Below, in pieces: positions 22,496-34,968 of a DNA stretch of 64,000 nucleotides. Under the pieces are notes generated by a model. The model was not told the DNA's origin and did not search any database. It saw nothing but the letters and a program-made list of their open reading frames with translations. Each line of letters begins with the position of its first letter. Positions within the stretch are counted from its first letter, which is position 1. This DNA comes from Squalus acanthias (lineage: Eukaryota): assembly GCA_030390025.1 (NCBI GenBank), contig CM059432.1:13578001-13642000 (forward strand). Reading direction: 5' to 3'. Made by a program: the position numbers and the translations under genes.

Positions 22496-25400
22496 ATGGC
22501 GGACACGAACGCAATTTCCGTGAAACTGCCGGAGTTTTGGGAAAACCAGCCCGAAGCCTGGTTTCTCCAAGCTGAATCTCGCTTCCGGCTGCGAGGCATC
22601 ACCACATATGGGACGAAGTACGACTATCTCGTCACATCACTCGGTAGCGCCACAGTTTCGAAGGTTTGGACAACGTTGCACAACCCACCAGAGGAAGGCA
22701 AGTACGCACATCTCAAGACAGCGCTCCTTAAAAAATTTACGGCCTCGGCATATCAGCGAAACTGCCACCTCCTCGACCTTCCAGGCCTCGGTGATGCCTC
22801 ACCATCAGACCTCCTCTCCCACATGCTCTCCCTCACTGACGAGAGCCCACCCGGATCCCTCTTCCGCACGTTGTTCATCCACCAGCTCCCTCTCAGCATC
22901 CGCCCAGCGATCGTGGCGTCTGGCCTCACGAACCTGGAAGCCCTGGCCGATGAGGCCGACAAGCTGCTGTCCGCTCACTCCAGCCGCGACGTCACTCCGG
23001 ACCTGGCAGCCAATGCCTGGGCGCGCCCCTCACCGGCCACCACAAGGGCCTGCCACAAGGCCCACGGGGCCTTCACGCCCCACTAACCCGGGCCACTGTT
23101 ACTACCACGCACGGTTCGGCGCCAGGGCACAACGGTGCACACCTCCCTGCTCTTTCAAGTCTGCCCCCGTACCAGCACCCGTGATGGCCGTGGGCCACGC
23201 GGGCTCCCTGCTGTTCATCACGGATGACAAAACCGGCCGCCGGTTCCTGTGCGACACTAGGGCTCAGCACAGCATCATCCCGGCCTCCTCCCTCGACATC
23301 CAAAAGGGCGAACGAGGACCGGCGCTGGCTGCTGCTAACGGCTCGGAAATCCAGACGTATGGCACCCGGACAGTCACCCTCGACCTCGCTGGTCGCCGCT
23401 ACCGATGGGAGTTCATCACTGCCAAGGTGCTCTCCCCTCTCATCGGCGCAGATTTCCTGTGCGCCCACGGCCTACTGGTAGACATCCCCCGTCACCGCCT
23501 CGTGGACATGAACACCATGTCCCCCATCCTGGGCGCCATGGCCCCCCGTCAACCCGCCGACATGGCGTCACAGTGCCACGCCCGGGCCACGGATGACTAC
23601 TCGGCCCTCCTGGCCGAATTCCCGGCCCTTACCAATCCGACCTTCTCCGCGGAGGCCGCCAAACACGGGGTGGAACACTTCATCCCCACCACAGGGCCCC
23701 CAGTGTACGCCCACGCCCGCAGGCTGGACCCGACCAAACTGGAGATTGCGTGGACCGAGTTTGCCACCATGGAACAGCTCGGCATCATCCGCCGCTCCAA
23801 CAGTCCCTGGGCCTCCCCACTCCACATCGCCCCCAAACCAGGCGGAGGTTGGCGCCCCTGCGGGGATTACCGCCGCCTCAACGACGCCACCACCCCTGAT
23901 CGGTACCCCGTGCCACACATTCAGGACTTCTCGGCTAGACTGGCCGGCCGCTCAGTCTTTTCCAAGGTCGACCTGGTGCGCGGCTACCACCAAGTTCCCG
24001 TCCACCCCGCGGACGTCCCCAAGACGGCCGTAATCACCCCCTTCGGCCTGTTCGAGTTCCTGCGGATGCCCTTCGGCCTCAAAAACGCGGCCCAGGCATT
24101 CCAACGGCTCATGGACTCGGTCCTTCGGGATCTGAAGTTCCTGTTCGTCTACCTGGACGACATCCTGGTAGCCAGTTCCTCCAAGCAGGAACACCTCGAA
24201 CACCTTCGCATCCTGTTCGGGCGCCTCAGTGACCACGGGCTCATCCTCAGCCCAGCCAAATCCCAGTTCGGCCTGGACAAGATCGACTTCCTCGGCCACT
24301 ACATCACCTATGCTGGGGCCATTCCCCTGCCCACCAAGGTGTAGGCCGTCCAACAATTTCCCCGCCCCACCACCATCAAAGGCCTCCAGGAGTTCCTCGG
24401 GATGGTGAATTTCTATAACCGCTTCATCCCCAAAGCGGCGTCCCTCATGAGGCCCCTGTATGAAGCCCTCCGGGGCAGGAGCGGCAAGATGGCGGTCGAA
24501 TGGACGGCAGACGCGTCCACCGCCTTCGACTCCACCAAGACCGCGCTCGCCAACGCCACCCTGCTCGCGCACCCACGGCCCAATGCCAGGGTAGCGCTCA
24601 CCACAGACACCTCCGACCACGCGGTCGGCGCTGTGTATGAGCAGTGGGTCGACGGCACCTGGCAACCACTTGCCTTCTTCAGCCGCCAACTACGCCCCCC
24701 GGAGGTCAAGTACAGCACCTTCGGCCGCGAGCTCCTCGCGCTGTTCCTGGCCTTCCGCCATTTCCGGTTTTTGCTTGAGGGCCACCCCTTCACTGCGTTT
24801 GTCGACCACAAGCCCCTGACATTCGCAATGGCAAAGACAACCGACCCCTGGTCCGCCAGGCAGCAGCGCCAGCTCGCGGCAGTGTCCGAGTTCACCACGG
24901 ACATCCAACACGTCTCCGGCCGAGACAATGTGGTAGCCGACTGCCTCTCCCGCCCCGCCATCCACGCCACACACCTGGCAGTCGACTACACTCAACTCGC
25001 AGCAGACCAGATCACCGACCCTGCTCTGCTCTCCGCACCCACCAACCTACCAGGGCTATGCCTGGCCGACGTCGCCTGTGGCCCGACTGCAGTCACGGTC
25101 AAGTGCGACATATCCCTATGTCAACCTCGGCCCGTCGTCCCAGCGCCGCCGGGTATTCGACATTCTCCACAACCTCTTCCACCCCGGCGCCCGCGCATCC
25201 ATCAAATTGGTAGCCAACCGCTTCGTCTGGCGCGGCCTTCGCCAGGATGTGCGTACTTGGGCCAACTCTTGCCTAGCCTGCCAACGGGCCAAGGTACAGC
25301 AACACACGAAAGCACCCCTCGAGGAGTTTACCGTCCCCTCGCGGAGATTCGACCACATCCACGTGGACATTGTCGGGCCCCTGCCGCCGTCGCAAGGCCA

Positions 25401-25901
25401 CACACACTTGCTGACCATCGTTGACCGCACCACACGCTGGCCCGAGGCAATTCCACTGACCTCGACCACCACCGCCGACATCGCCAGAGCCTTCGTCAGC
25501 ATCTGGGTCGCACGGTTCGGCGTCCCCTCCGACATGACATCGGACAGAGGTCCGCAATTTATCTCTGAACTCTGGACCGCCGTCGCACGCAATCTCGGGG
25601 TGACCATTCACTGCACCACAGCGTACCGCCCCCAAGCCAACGGACTGTGTGAGCGGTTCCACAGATCCTTGAAGGCATCTCTTCGAGCCAGCCTCCAGGA
25701 CGGCGCCTGGACCGACCGACTTCCGTGGGTCCTCCTCGGCCTGCGCACCGCGGTTAAAGAAGACCTCCACGCGGCCGACCTGCCCTCAAGCCGGTTCACC
25801 CGGCTGCTCCACGCCCGGCCATTCCACGTCCACCGGCGTCCTACAAGAGCCGCTCCGGCCAGCCCATCAGACCGCCGCACCGTCTCGTCCACACCTCCTA
25901 A
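22496..25901 (+). pseudogene. Disrupted gag-pol of copy B (Gag-PR-RT-RNaseH-IN)
   Basis: Gag with CHCC, protease DTRA (degenerate DTGA), RT YLDD, RNase H LTTDTSDHAVGA, integrase HHCC and HVDIVGP/SDRGPQF/ANGLCERFH. Lesions: frameshift near 23055, TAG at 24342-24344, frameshift near 25143, deletion near 25770. Confidence 0.93.
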
Positions 25902-25921
25902 GCGGATTCTGGGGGGAGCTG

Positions 25922-26162
25922 TGTGGCGGATCGCCACCTAAACGGGCATTATCCACTTTTCCGTCCGTGGACAATATATCGATGCACCTTCCCTTTAAGG
26001 CACCTTACCTTTAAGGCAGGAGTGGGCGGGGCCTCAGGATTTTTCCAGAGAATTCTGGTAGCAGTCTGGTCAGCCATTTTTGTGCCATGCAGTTGATTAA
26101 AAAGTCTCTTGTTTAACACACATGGATTCAGCCTTAATTCGTGTTTCGCGGCAGCCTCAACA
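25922..26162 (+). repeat. 3' LTR of Gypsy copy B (241 bp)
   Basis: Direct repeat of 22231-22455, followed by TSD GTCC. Confidence 0.95.
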
Positions 26163-27295
26163 GTCCCATGAATACATTTAAAAGGGAAGGTAACTCTCAG
26201 TACATACAATGAAACACTTCTGAATTGTTCTACATTTGCCTTTTCTCTCTCTCGTTCCTACCTCTTCTGAAAGCATCAGCTCCAACCAGGCTAGGGGGGT
26301 ATGGTTCCATGAAAGCCAGTAGCCCCCCAGTACCCATTCTTCCTGTGTGAGCACACACAATGAGTCTCAGTAGTCTATTATGAATGTAAGTTGTTGTTGT
26401 TGCTATTTGGAGTGTCTGTAAATTATCTTAAAAATAACTTTTTCCCCTTCCTTGCTTCAGGTCTTTTTGACTTGTGCGCCAAACTCTGTCTGAGAGGGGA
26501 GGAAGATGCCTGGTCTCAGGCCTCTGCCACTCGCATCATATGCAAGTTCTGCTCAGGGTGACTCGTCCTCTGATGTTGTGTCCCCTCCCTTTCCCAATCA
26601 GGAAACATCTGATTCCATTCCTTACCTCCCTCTGAGATCAGGGCTGAGACCAAGAACTCAGGGGGGGGTTGGGGGTATGATCCCACATCCTTACCACAAC
26701 TACAAAGCCTTTGGAGCAACAATCTACTGCATCACCGCACTGCCCATTAACAATTAGTTGCTTTAATATTTTCCAATGAAATCCTGTTTACTTTCTATCG
26801 CAGCAGCTAATCAGTGAGCTGGATGTATTGGGTTCATATAAAGGAACGGGGACCATATCATTGCCTATCTTTACTCTACAAGGGCTCAGCTCCTTGAGTT
26901 GGGAGTCATGTCTCAGTTATGAGAGGGAGAAAATGGCTATAAAAATTGATAGAAAAACAGGATTCCTCAAGAAAGCATGGATCTATTAGCAAAATCAGAG
27001 TTCTGCAACCCCTTAAATTGACGACTAATGAAATATTGTATCTCTGCTTCCCTGCCGCCCAGGTGAGCTATTGCAACATGTGGTGTGGGACTGGGCCACA
27101 TAGAAAAGGAAGATGGCAGGCTCAATCTCTAGCCTGAGCTAGTTAGCCTATTTCAGCTGGGGTGGTGATGATGGAGGTTGTACAATTAACCCCAGCATCC
27201 CTAAGCTAGGAAGAAGAAAATCAGACAGAGTTCAGGGCAAGTACAGCATCATGCTCGGTTGTGATGTCCTCCACAAATAGCTTGCTGCCATTCTC

Positions 27296-29285
27296 TTAGA
27301 AACAGCAAAGACTATGAGCCTGGCAACAGCACAGCTGTAGCACTGAAGACCTGTGCTTCAGAACTAGCCTCACCCATTGGCTAAGCTGGTCTAGTACAGT
27401 GACAACACTGGCATGTACCCGACATTGTGGAAAATTGTCCAGGTATGTCCCGTCAGGGCTAGTCAAACCTGGATTTGCCTACAAACCTACTCCCAACCAT
27501 CAGCAATGTGATCAAAGTAGTCGTCAACAGTGCTATCCAGCGGCACTTTCTCACCAATAACCTGCTCAGAAATGCTCAGTTTGGGTTCTGCCAGGACCAC
27601 TCAGCTCCAGACCTCATTACAGCCTTAATCCAAACATTAACACAAACTGAATTCCGTAGGTGAGATGAGAGTGACTGCCCTTGACATTAAAGAAAGACTT
27701 GCATTTATATAGCGCCTTTCATGATCACAGGACATCCCAAAGCACTTTACAGGCAATGAAGTACTTCTTGAAATGTAGTCACTGTTGTAATGTAGGAAAC
27801 ACGGCAGCCAATTTGCACACAGCAAGCTCCCACAAACAGCAATGTGATAATGACCAGATAATCTGTTTTTTAGTGATGTTGATTGAGGGACAACAGGGAT
27901 GACTCCCCTGCTCTTTTGAAATAGTGCCATGGGATCTGTTATGTTCACCTGACAGAGCAGACAGGGCCTCGGTTTAACATCTCATCCAAAAGATGGCACC
28001 TCCGACAGTGCAGCACTCCCTCAGTACTGCACTGGAAGTGTCAGCCTAGAGTTTTGTGCTCAAGTCCCTGGAGCAGGATTTAGAACCCACAGCCTCTGAC
28101 TCAGAGCTGTGGGTGCTACCCACTGAGCCACAGCTAACACTCTTAAGGTTCTGCCAGAACCATTAAGGCAGCATTCAGCTGAAAGTGACACCAAGGAGCC
28201 CCAATAATACGTCAATGGGGATCAGGGGGAAAACTCGCCACTGGCTGGAGTCAGACCTGGCACAAAGGAAGATGGTTATGGTTGTTGGAGGCCAATCATC
28301 TCAGCTCCAGGACATCATTCCTCAGGGCAGTGCCCTTGACCCCACTATCGTCAACTGCTTCACCAATGATCTTTCCTCCATCATAAGGTCAGAAACGGGG
28401 CTGTTTGCTGATTGCTAGTGTTTGGCTCCATTCATAATTCTTCAGATAATGAAGCAGTCCGTGCCCGCATGCAACAAGACTGGGACAATGTGCAGTCTTG
28501 GGTTGATCTGCGACAAGTAATGTTCATGTCGCACCATTGCCAGACAATAACCATCTCCAACAAGAGAGTCCAACCAGCTCCCATTGGTATTCAAATGACA
28601 TTTCCATCACCAAATCTCCCACCATTAACATCCTGGGGATCACCATTGACCAGTAACTGATCTGGACCAGCCACATAAATGCCGTAGCTACTAGAGTAGG
28701 TCAAAGACGGGGTATTCTGCGGCAAGTGGCTCACCTCCTGACTCCCCAAAGCCTCCCAAGTCAGCTGTGTGATGGAATACTCTCCACTTGCTTAGATGGA
28801 TGCAGCTGCAAAACACTCATGAAGGTCGACACCATCTAGGACAAAGCAGCCCGCTTGATCGGCACCTCATTCACTAGTTTAAACGTTCATCCACCCCACC
28901 CACCACCGGCGTACCGCAGCATGCAGTGTGTACTATCTACAGGATGCACTGCAGCAACTCACCCAGCCTTCTTCAACAGCATCTCCCAAGCCCGTGACCG
29001 CCACCACCCAAAAGGACAAGGGCAGCAGGTGCACGAGAACACCATCACCTCCAAGTTCCCCTCCAAGTCACACACCATGCTGACGTGGACATACATTGCC
29101 ATTCGTTCATGGTCGCGGGGGTCAAAATCCTGGAACTCCCTAACATTACTGAAGCACTTTCACCACATGGACTGCAGTGGTTCAAGAAGGCAGCCCACCA
29201 TTACCTTCTCAAGGGTAACTAGGGTGGGTTAAAAAAAATGCTAGCCTTGCCAGCAATACCCACATCCTGAAAATGAATAAAATTA
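27296..29285 (+). mobile_element. Older copy of the 40733-42245 LINE family, interrupted by a SINE at 27690-28139
   Basis: Colinear degenerate RT (QFGFCQDHSAPDL, PQGSALDPT) and a shared 3' tail. Confidence 0.82.
27690..28139 (-). mobile_element. SacSINE1-like SINE
   Basis: Colinear with 3980-4424; inserted in a LINE RT region. Confidence 0.8.
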
Positions 29286-31898
29286 AAAGTATCTAAGTTC
29301 GATAGTTATCTCTTAAAAGAATTCAATCTTATGGTTTAAAAAAAGCTATCCACGATCTATTTTCATCAAATCGAGCTAGAATGCTGGCAAACCTTGAGGT
29401 GGTACACTGAAGAAATTTCACATGCACGTTTTGCAAAAGTGCTCTTATGTAATGCCATGATACAATAGCGCACAGGCAACAATCACAATGGTGGACAGTG
29501 CATTAAGCTATCAATATACATTTCAGAAAACAAATATTCTGCCCTGCAGCCACTAACCTCCAGATGTGGTGGGATCGTTCAGTCACAGCGGATGATCCTC
29601 TCAACTGCTGCTTCAACTACGTCCACCCCCCCGGGGGGCAAGGTACTTGCAAAGTTCAATCTCTCGCTCGTTTTCAAAAATCAGGATCCAGTTTTAGAAC
29701 TGGGTCAATGAAGAAAGTTGTTTTTGCAGATATTTTCCAAACTCATTGTGCACAGAAATATTATTGGTGGTCTTTGCCACATGAAGAGCATCAGTAAGGC
29801 TGATCATTTTGTCCTACACCAAAAATAATGGACAATTTAAATTTCTCGCCGAACTCTTAGGAGCACACAGAACCTTCAAATGGATGGTCAACAGAGACCT
29901 GAAAACGTTGTGTTCTCCCCTTACATAGCACTGTGAAACTGTGCAGAAGAAACTCATCAGCAATAATGCACACCCCTAGCAGGTAGCCATGATCAAAGGA
30001 AGGATTACCCCATGCAGCACTGATTCTTCCTTTGAGCATGTGAACATTAAATTTACCCTTTGAACTCCATAACGTTCTGCACTGAATTAATGTTAAATAC
30101 ATTTGAACACACAAATTTTTTTTTTTTACAGATACAATAGTCCCAGAGACACATAATAGATACCTTAGCCTTGTTATCCCAAAGTGTCCATTCTTCACAT
30201 TTAAGTATAGACAGTGAACACAAGTGGTTATTCAACTACAGGAAACATCACCGCTGAGTATTATCCTCGCCCTCACCCAACATTGACGCAGCGCACTTTT
30301 CAGTAAAGGTCGCTGGATAGTGATGCCGAGTGAGAACCTTATATGTGTGTTTTTTTTTTAAATGTTTAATCCATAGATACTCATGTGGATTGTAAATGAG
30401 AAAATCTTTTTGGAACTCAAGGGGCCAGCCTAATAGCAAATAAGGCAATGTGGAAGAAGATTAGTTCAATGCAGTGTCACAATCTAGGTTAAAATAACAA
30501 GAGCTGGGGTGATTATTACTTGATGATCCTTTATGATGTGTAAAGGGCTGAGACAAACTAGGCGTAGGCCATCCATTGGCAAATCGAGCTCACTACCTTC
30601 ACCGCAGTCTCCTTGCGACAGTGGGCACTGGGGTATCAAGGTCAACCATGCTGACCATAGTTTATAAGGCGGCAAGTGCAACCATTTGCAAAAACAGATG
30701 TGCAGTATTACTAAATCATAATTTGTTAACCTGGGCAATATGTAGAATTTTTTGTGCGCGCGTATTTGCATATTTCCTGGTTAGATGGTATCACGTTTAT
30801 TGTGCAAATGATTGGACTGTGCAGTTGCTTGCGTTCTACCTTTACCGGTTTAAATTGTTTCCATCTACACGCTTTAATAAAATTACCATTATCACTGTGA
30901 CTGTGTCACGATTTGAACTTGCCTTAAAATATGCAGCATTAGCATGTGATGTAGATTCACAGATTAGATTACAGCTAATAGTACGGTCACAGTGACAATA
31001 GAGGTCACCTAAAAGTACAGAGCAGTGGAATTCATTAGAATATATATTCATTGATTTGGCATTGCTGATGGAGAATTCTAACATGGCAATTCTATCACCA
31101 GATTAAATTTTAAGAAACCTTACAATTTTTTTTTAATGCAGAGGAGGAAATACAACAGAGAGCTTTTAGAAGCTGTGGAAAACGGGGCTCACAAGTAGGG
31201 CAGGAGTGATGAACCCAAAGCCCAAGCGTAGCCGCCAACTGAGCAAACCAGGATCACCGGGGAGTTTTCCCAGTTCTTAACCAAACTGCGTGACCAGAAA
31301 AGTATTCCTCCTTGGGGAGGACGGTAGGAAGCAGGAGGAACTAGTAGGACCACTCTTCCCCGTGGAAGGAAACAAGAGCAGAATTACTGCATTGGATTGC
31401 TGCAGGAGTTCCAACTCCCGACTGTCCTGCCTCAATTTGGAGGTTTAGCAAGAGTGTGGGAGGAATCCGGTCTTGATGATAAAAAAAAAGTACAATCTTC
31501 TCCAACCAAAAGTGCCAGACAGCCTTCAATCTTGCTGCAGGTTTGTTTGCTCAGGAGTGCTGTAGTGAAGCAGGCAAATCCCTCTTTCTCTTTTGGGCCT
31601 AGTCACTCACTCTTCACTTGGTGCAGGCACTACGCCTGCTGAGCAAGGGGAGGGAAGGAAATGGTTAGGTAAGGGTATCAAGGAACATGGAGCAACAGCA
31701 GGTAAATGGAGTTGAGGTGCAGGTTAGCCATGACCTAATTGATTGGTGGAGCAGGCTCGAGGGGCTGAATGGCCTACTCATGTTCCCAACATTCCTGTAA
31801 ATCACACAGACTAACATAGCAACCTGGGTTACCCAAACCAACAGAACACATTGCACAACAGTGGTGTTTCTACTTTATCGTCTGGTTACCTAGATCTG

Positions 31899-32360
31899 GA
31901 AGAAAAGACTTGCACTATTATAGCGCCGTTCACGACCACCGGACGTCTCAAAGCGCTTTACAGCCAATGAAGTACTTTTTGAAGTGCAGTCACTGTTGTA
32001 ATGTGGGAAACACGGCAGCCAATTTGCGCACAGCAAGCTCCCACAAACAGCAATGTGATAACAAAAACAGATTATCTGGTCATTATGTTGATTGAGGGAT
32101 AAATATTGGCCAGGACACCGGGGATAACTCCCCTGCTCTTCTTCGAAATAGTGCCGTGGGATCTTTTACATCCACCTGAGAGAGCAGACGGGGCCTCGGT
32201 TTAACGTCTCATCTGAAAGATGGCACCCCCGACAGTGCAGCACTCCCTCAGCACTGCACCGGAGTGTCAGCCTAGTTTTATGTGCTCAAGTCTCTGGAGT
32301 GGACTTGAACCCACAACCTTCTGACTCAGAGGTGAGGAGTGCTACCCACTGAGCCACAGT
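31899..32360 (-). mobile_element. SacSINE1-like SINE just downstream of the TWSG1 proximal polyA signals
   Basis: Full-length copy colinear with the others. Confidence 0.8.
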
Positions 32361-32497
32361 TTCTGATTAAAAGTGCTCACCTGGAAAAATTATAGTTAAA
32401 ATCTGTACGCAAAGCTTTAACTGTTGTGCATCAAAATACATACGCTCGATAGAAAAATACCACCTACTACACCTCCCTAGTCACACTAGAAGATCAG

Positions 32498-32593
32498 TTT
32501 ATTCATCACAAAATGATGTTCGAGTAGCAGGCATAATGCATAAGGAACAATACATCATCAATTGAAAGACAGTAAAGCTACAACTGGTTTATT
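32498..32593 (-). terminator. Candidate TWSG1 polyadenylation signals (two AATAAA hexamers)
   Basis: Plus-strand TTTATT at 32498-32503 and 32588-32593, within a U-rich 3' UTR about 280-375 nt after the stop. A GT-rich tract follows the 32498 site on the minus strand. Confidence 0.5.
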
Positions 32594-32873
32594 CTGAATA
32601 TCTACATATGTCAGGACAATTTTTAAAAAGTGTTTTTTTTTAAATTACAAACATCAGCAGTAAATTACACCGTTAAAAAAAAAACAATCTGCAGTTTCAA
32701 ATTTCACGTCAGCTTCCATGATTTATGTATACATTCTTAAGCATGAAGTGCAGAAATTGAACAAAAAATAAAAAAGACAGCAAAAACAAAATAAAAAACC
32801 TCGCTTAACAAGATCACCATCTTTAGCTCTACGGCTGATGCACACGACCTTCACGTCTTTACAGTCCTCGTCT

Positions 32874-33055
32874 TCAAAAGGTGCAGTTCATACATTTGAC
32901 CACTTTGTTGCCATAATCAATACAGTCTGGGCCTATACACTCGCAGCAGGCATTGTGAAACCATCTGTATTTTGAGGCTCCCATGGACTCGCAGGAATTT
33001 TTACACTGATGGATAGACATGCAGTCATCAAAGTAGACTACTGTGCAGTGAGGTT
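32874..33055 (-). CDS. TWSG1: TWSG1 last coding exon (182 nt including TGA), C-terminal Tsg domain
   Basis: (E)[59 protein letters not shown]. Acceptor ttttaattacag; phase matches the upstream exon. Confidence 0.97.
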
Positions 33056-33778
33056 CTGTAATTAAAATTAAAAACGTCTTTAAAAATCTTAAAACATTAA
33101 CATGCATTTTATATAGTGCCTTTAACGAGGCAAAACAGCCCAAGGAGTGTTATCAAACAAAATTTTACACCGAGCCACAACAACTTTCATTTATATAGCG
33201 CCTAGTAAAACGTCCGAAGGCGCTTCACAGGAGCGTTATCAAACAAAATGTGACTCCGAGCCACATATTAGGGCAGATGACCAAAAGCTTGGTTAAAGAG
33301 GTAGGTTTTAAAGCAGCGTCTTCAAGGATGAGCAGAGGCAGGGCTGGAGTTGGGCGGTGTTACGGAGATGGAAATAGGCGGTCTTGATGGTGGAGCAGAT
33401 GTGGAGGGGGTGAAGCCTCCCACTGAGGCCAAGCTGTTAAAAGGTTTTCTTTCCCTGCCTACTCGGGACTTTGGCGTCCGACCCCTCGTCCATGAAGACG
33501 CAGTCTCCAGGCCCAGTCCCTACCCCCCAACGGTCGGTAGTGGCAGGATATTCAGCCACATTACAGCTGAGCTTAACCCTCTTCTCAGCCAATGTTCACA
33601 TACACACACACCAGCATGTGGGGGGTGGTCGGTCACCCCCTTACCCAACGTACTGAGACCAACTGAAGCAGCTCTGTCACCACGGTGTCGGGCTAAGATC
33701 AGCTAACCAATCAGAGACCAGGGATCAAGTCTGCAGCACTCGATACAAAGTATTAACGACACTACATGGAAACATAAT

Positions 33779-34531
33779 GGGCCAGAAATTCGGCTCTTGT
33801 CGGGTGAGGACGCGCTGTGTACTCACCCGTAAGGCCACCTGAAGTGCCGGTTTCCTGCATGCGCGGGAAACCGGAACTTCCGTTCCCCTGAAGGGAGGGG
33901 TTCAGAAGTCGAACGCGTGCGTGGGAGAGGCTGCGCGCACGCAGTGAACTTCAGGTTTTTTTTTCAGGTTTCTCCGGGAGGGTAAGTATGGAGAAGCTGC
34001 GCTTTTAAAAAGGAGGCGCAAGGCCTGTTTTTAACAAGGTAAGTGGTTAATTCATTACAATTTAAACATTTTTTCAACAGGTTTATCTTTTTTAGATACT
34101 TTAAAGAAAGGTAAGTTTATTTTTAACACCGTTAAAAAGTATAATTAATTTTTTCAAAAATGTAAATTTTTGTTTAAAGTAGTTAATTTATGTAACTTAT
34201 AGTTATTTTAAAAATGTGATTTAAAAAAAAATTTAATTGAAGTTTAAGTGTGGTTTTGGGGCCGATCTCTATTCATAGATTTGACAGGTCTTCCTGTCAA
34301 ATCTATGAATGAAAATGCCCTGCTACGATTGGCTCTCCATGGCCCACGTGATCCCAGGGGACGCTTTGAACTAACTGCGCCCCTGTGATACGCGAGCACT
34401 GCGCGCCGGCAGCTGGAGGAGGCCCAGGACCCGAAGTCCTCGTGGGCCCAAAGCACAACGGCAGGCGCGGTAGGTAAGTACGCGCGCGATGCTTGCACCC
34501 GCAGGAAGCCGGAGAGCCAAATTTCTGGCCC
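33779..34531. mobile_element. PIF/Harbinger-like MITE (753 bp) in the last TWSG1 intron
   Basis: 18-bp TIR GGGCCAGAAATT(C/T)GGCTC, TSD AAT, GC-rich arms with an AT-rich core. Confidence 0.82.
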
Positions 34532-34573
34532 AATAAAGCTGGCATTTCATTCCCAATGCACCATGACCATATA

Positions 34574-34968
34574 CAAGAAACTCTTTATTAACCGGCACCG
34601 ACGGGACCGGCGTGGTGCCGGTTTATCGAAAGTACCGGATAACGGAGAGTTATATCTACCGAGGCTATTTTTAACAAAGAAAAATAAATCAAGAAATGTG
34701 CAGTATACTTCCGACAGCGCCAGGAGGCCGAGTAGTGGCACTTTTGAAAACTACCCCTACTGACTAAATCGGCGTTCGCGGACTCGGACTCGGGATCGGC
34801 AACATTGCCGGTTATTTGAGAGGAGTTTTCAGAGTACTCGGCGTTCGGGAGACTCGACTGCAACTCGGCAACATTGCCGGTTATTTGAGAGGAGTTTTCG
34901 GAGGATGATTTTTGCCGGTTAAGCGAGAATTCCGGATATTTGGGTGCCGGATAAACAAAAGTTTCCTG
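34574..34968 (-). mobile_element. Tigger-derived MITE (395 bp), internal-deletion derivative of the same family
   Basis: TA TSD. Left part matches about 46215-46352 and right part about 48456-48651; contains an approximately 70-bp tandem duplication. Confidence 0.88.

Larger units (their letters stand above)
22231..26162 (+). mobile_element. Ty3/Gypsy LTR retrotransposon copy B (CsRn1-like), near full length
   Basis: LTRs at 22231-22455 and 25922-26162, TSD GTCC, PBS TGGTGACCCCGATG at 22457-22470, PPT at 25911-25921. Confidence 0.95.

Noticed and set aside
23030..23090. Programmed gag-pol frameshift in copy B
   Set aside because: Copy A reads through this region in one frame; B has a local indel, so this is a lesion.
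13336..25937. Many overlapping antisense and alternative-frame ORFs of 100-290 aa
   Set aside because: Shadow ORFs of the GC-rich gag-pol sequences.
1..32400. RALBP1 or other host-gene coding exons downstream of TWSG1
   Set aside because: No recognisable peptide found; short ORFs such as 8150-8389 and 20469-20669 have no family resemblance I can support.
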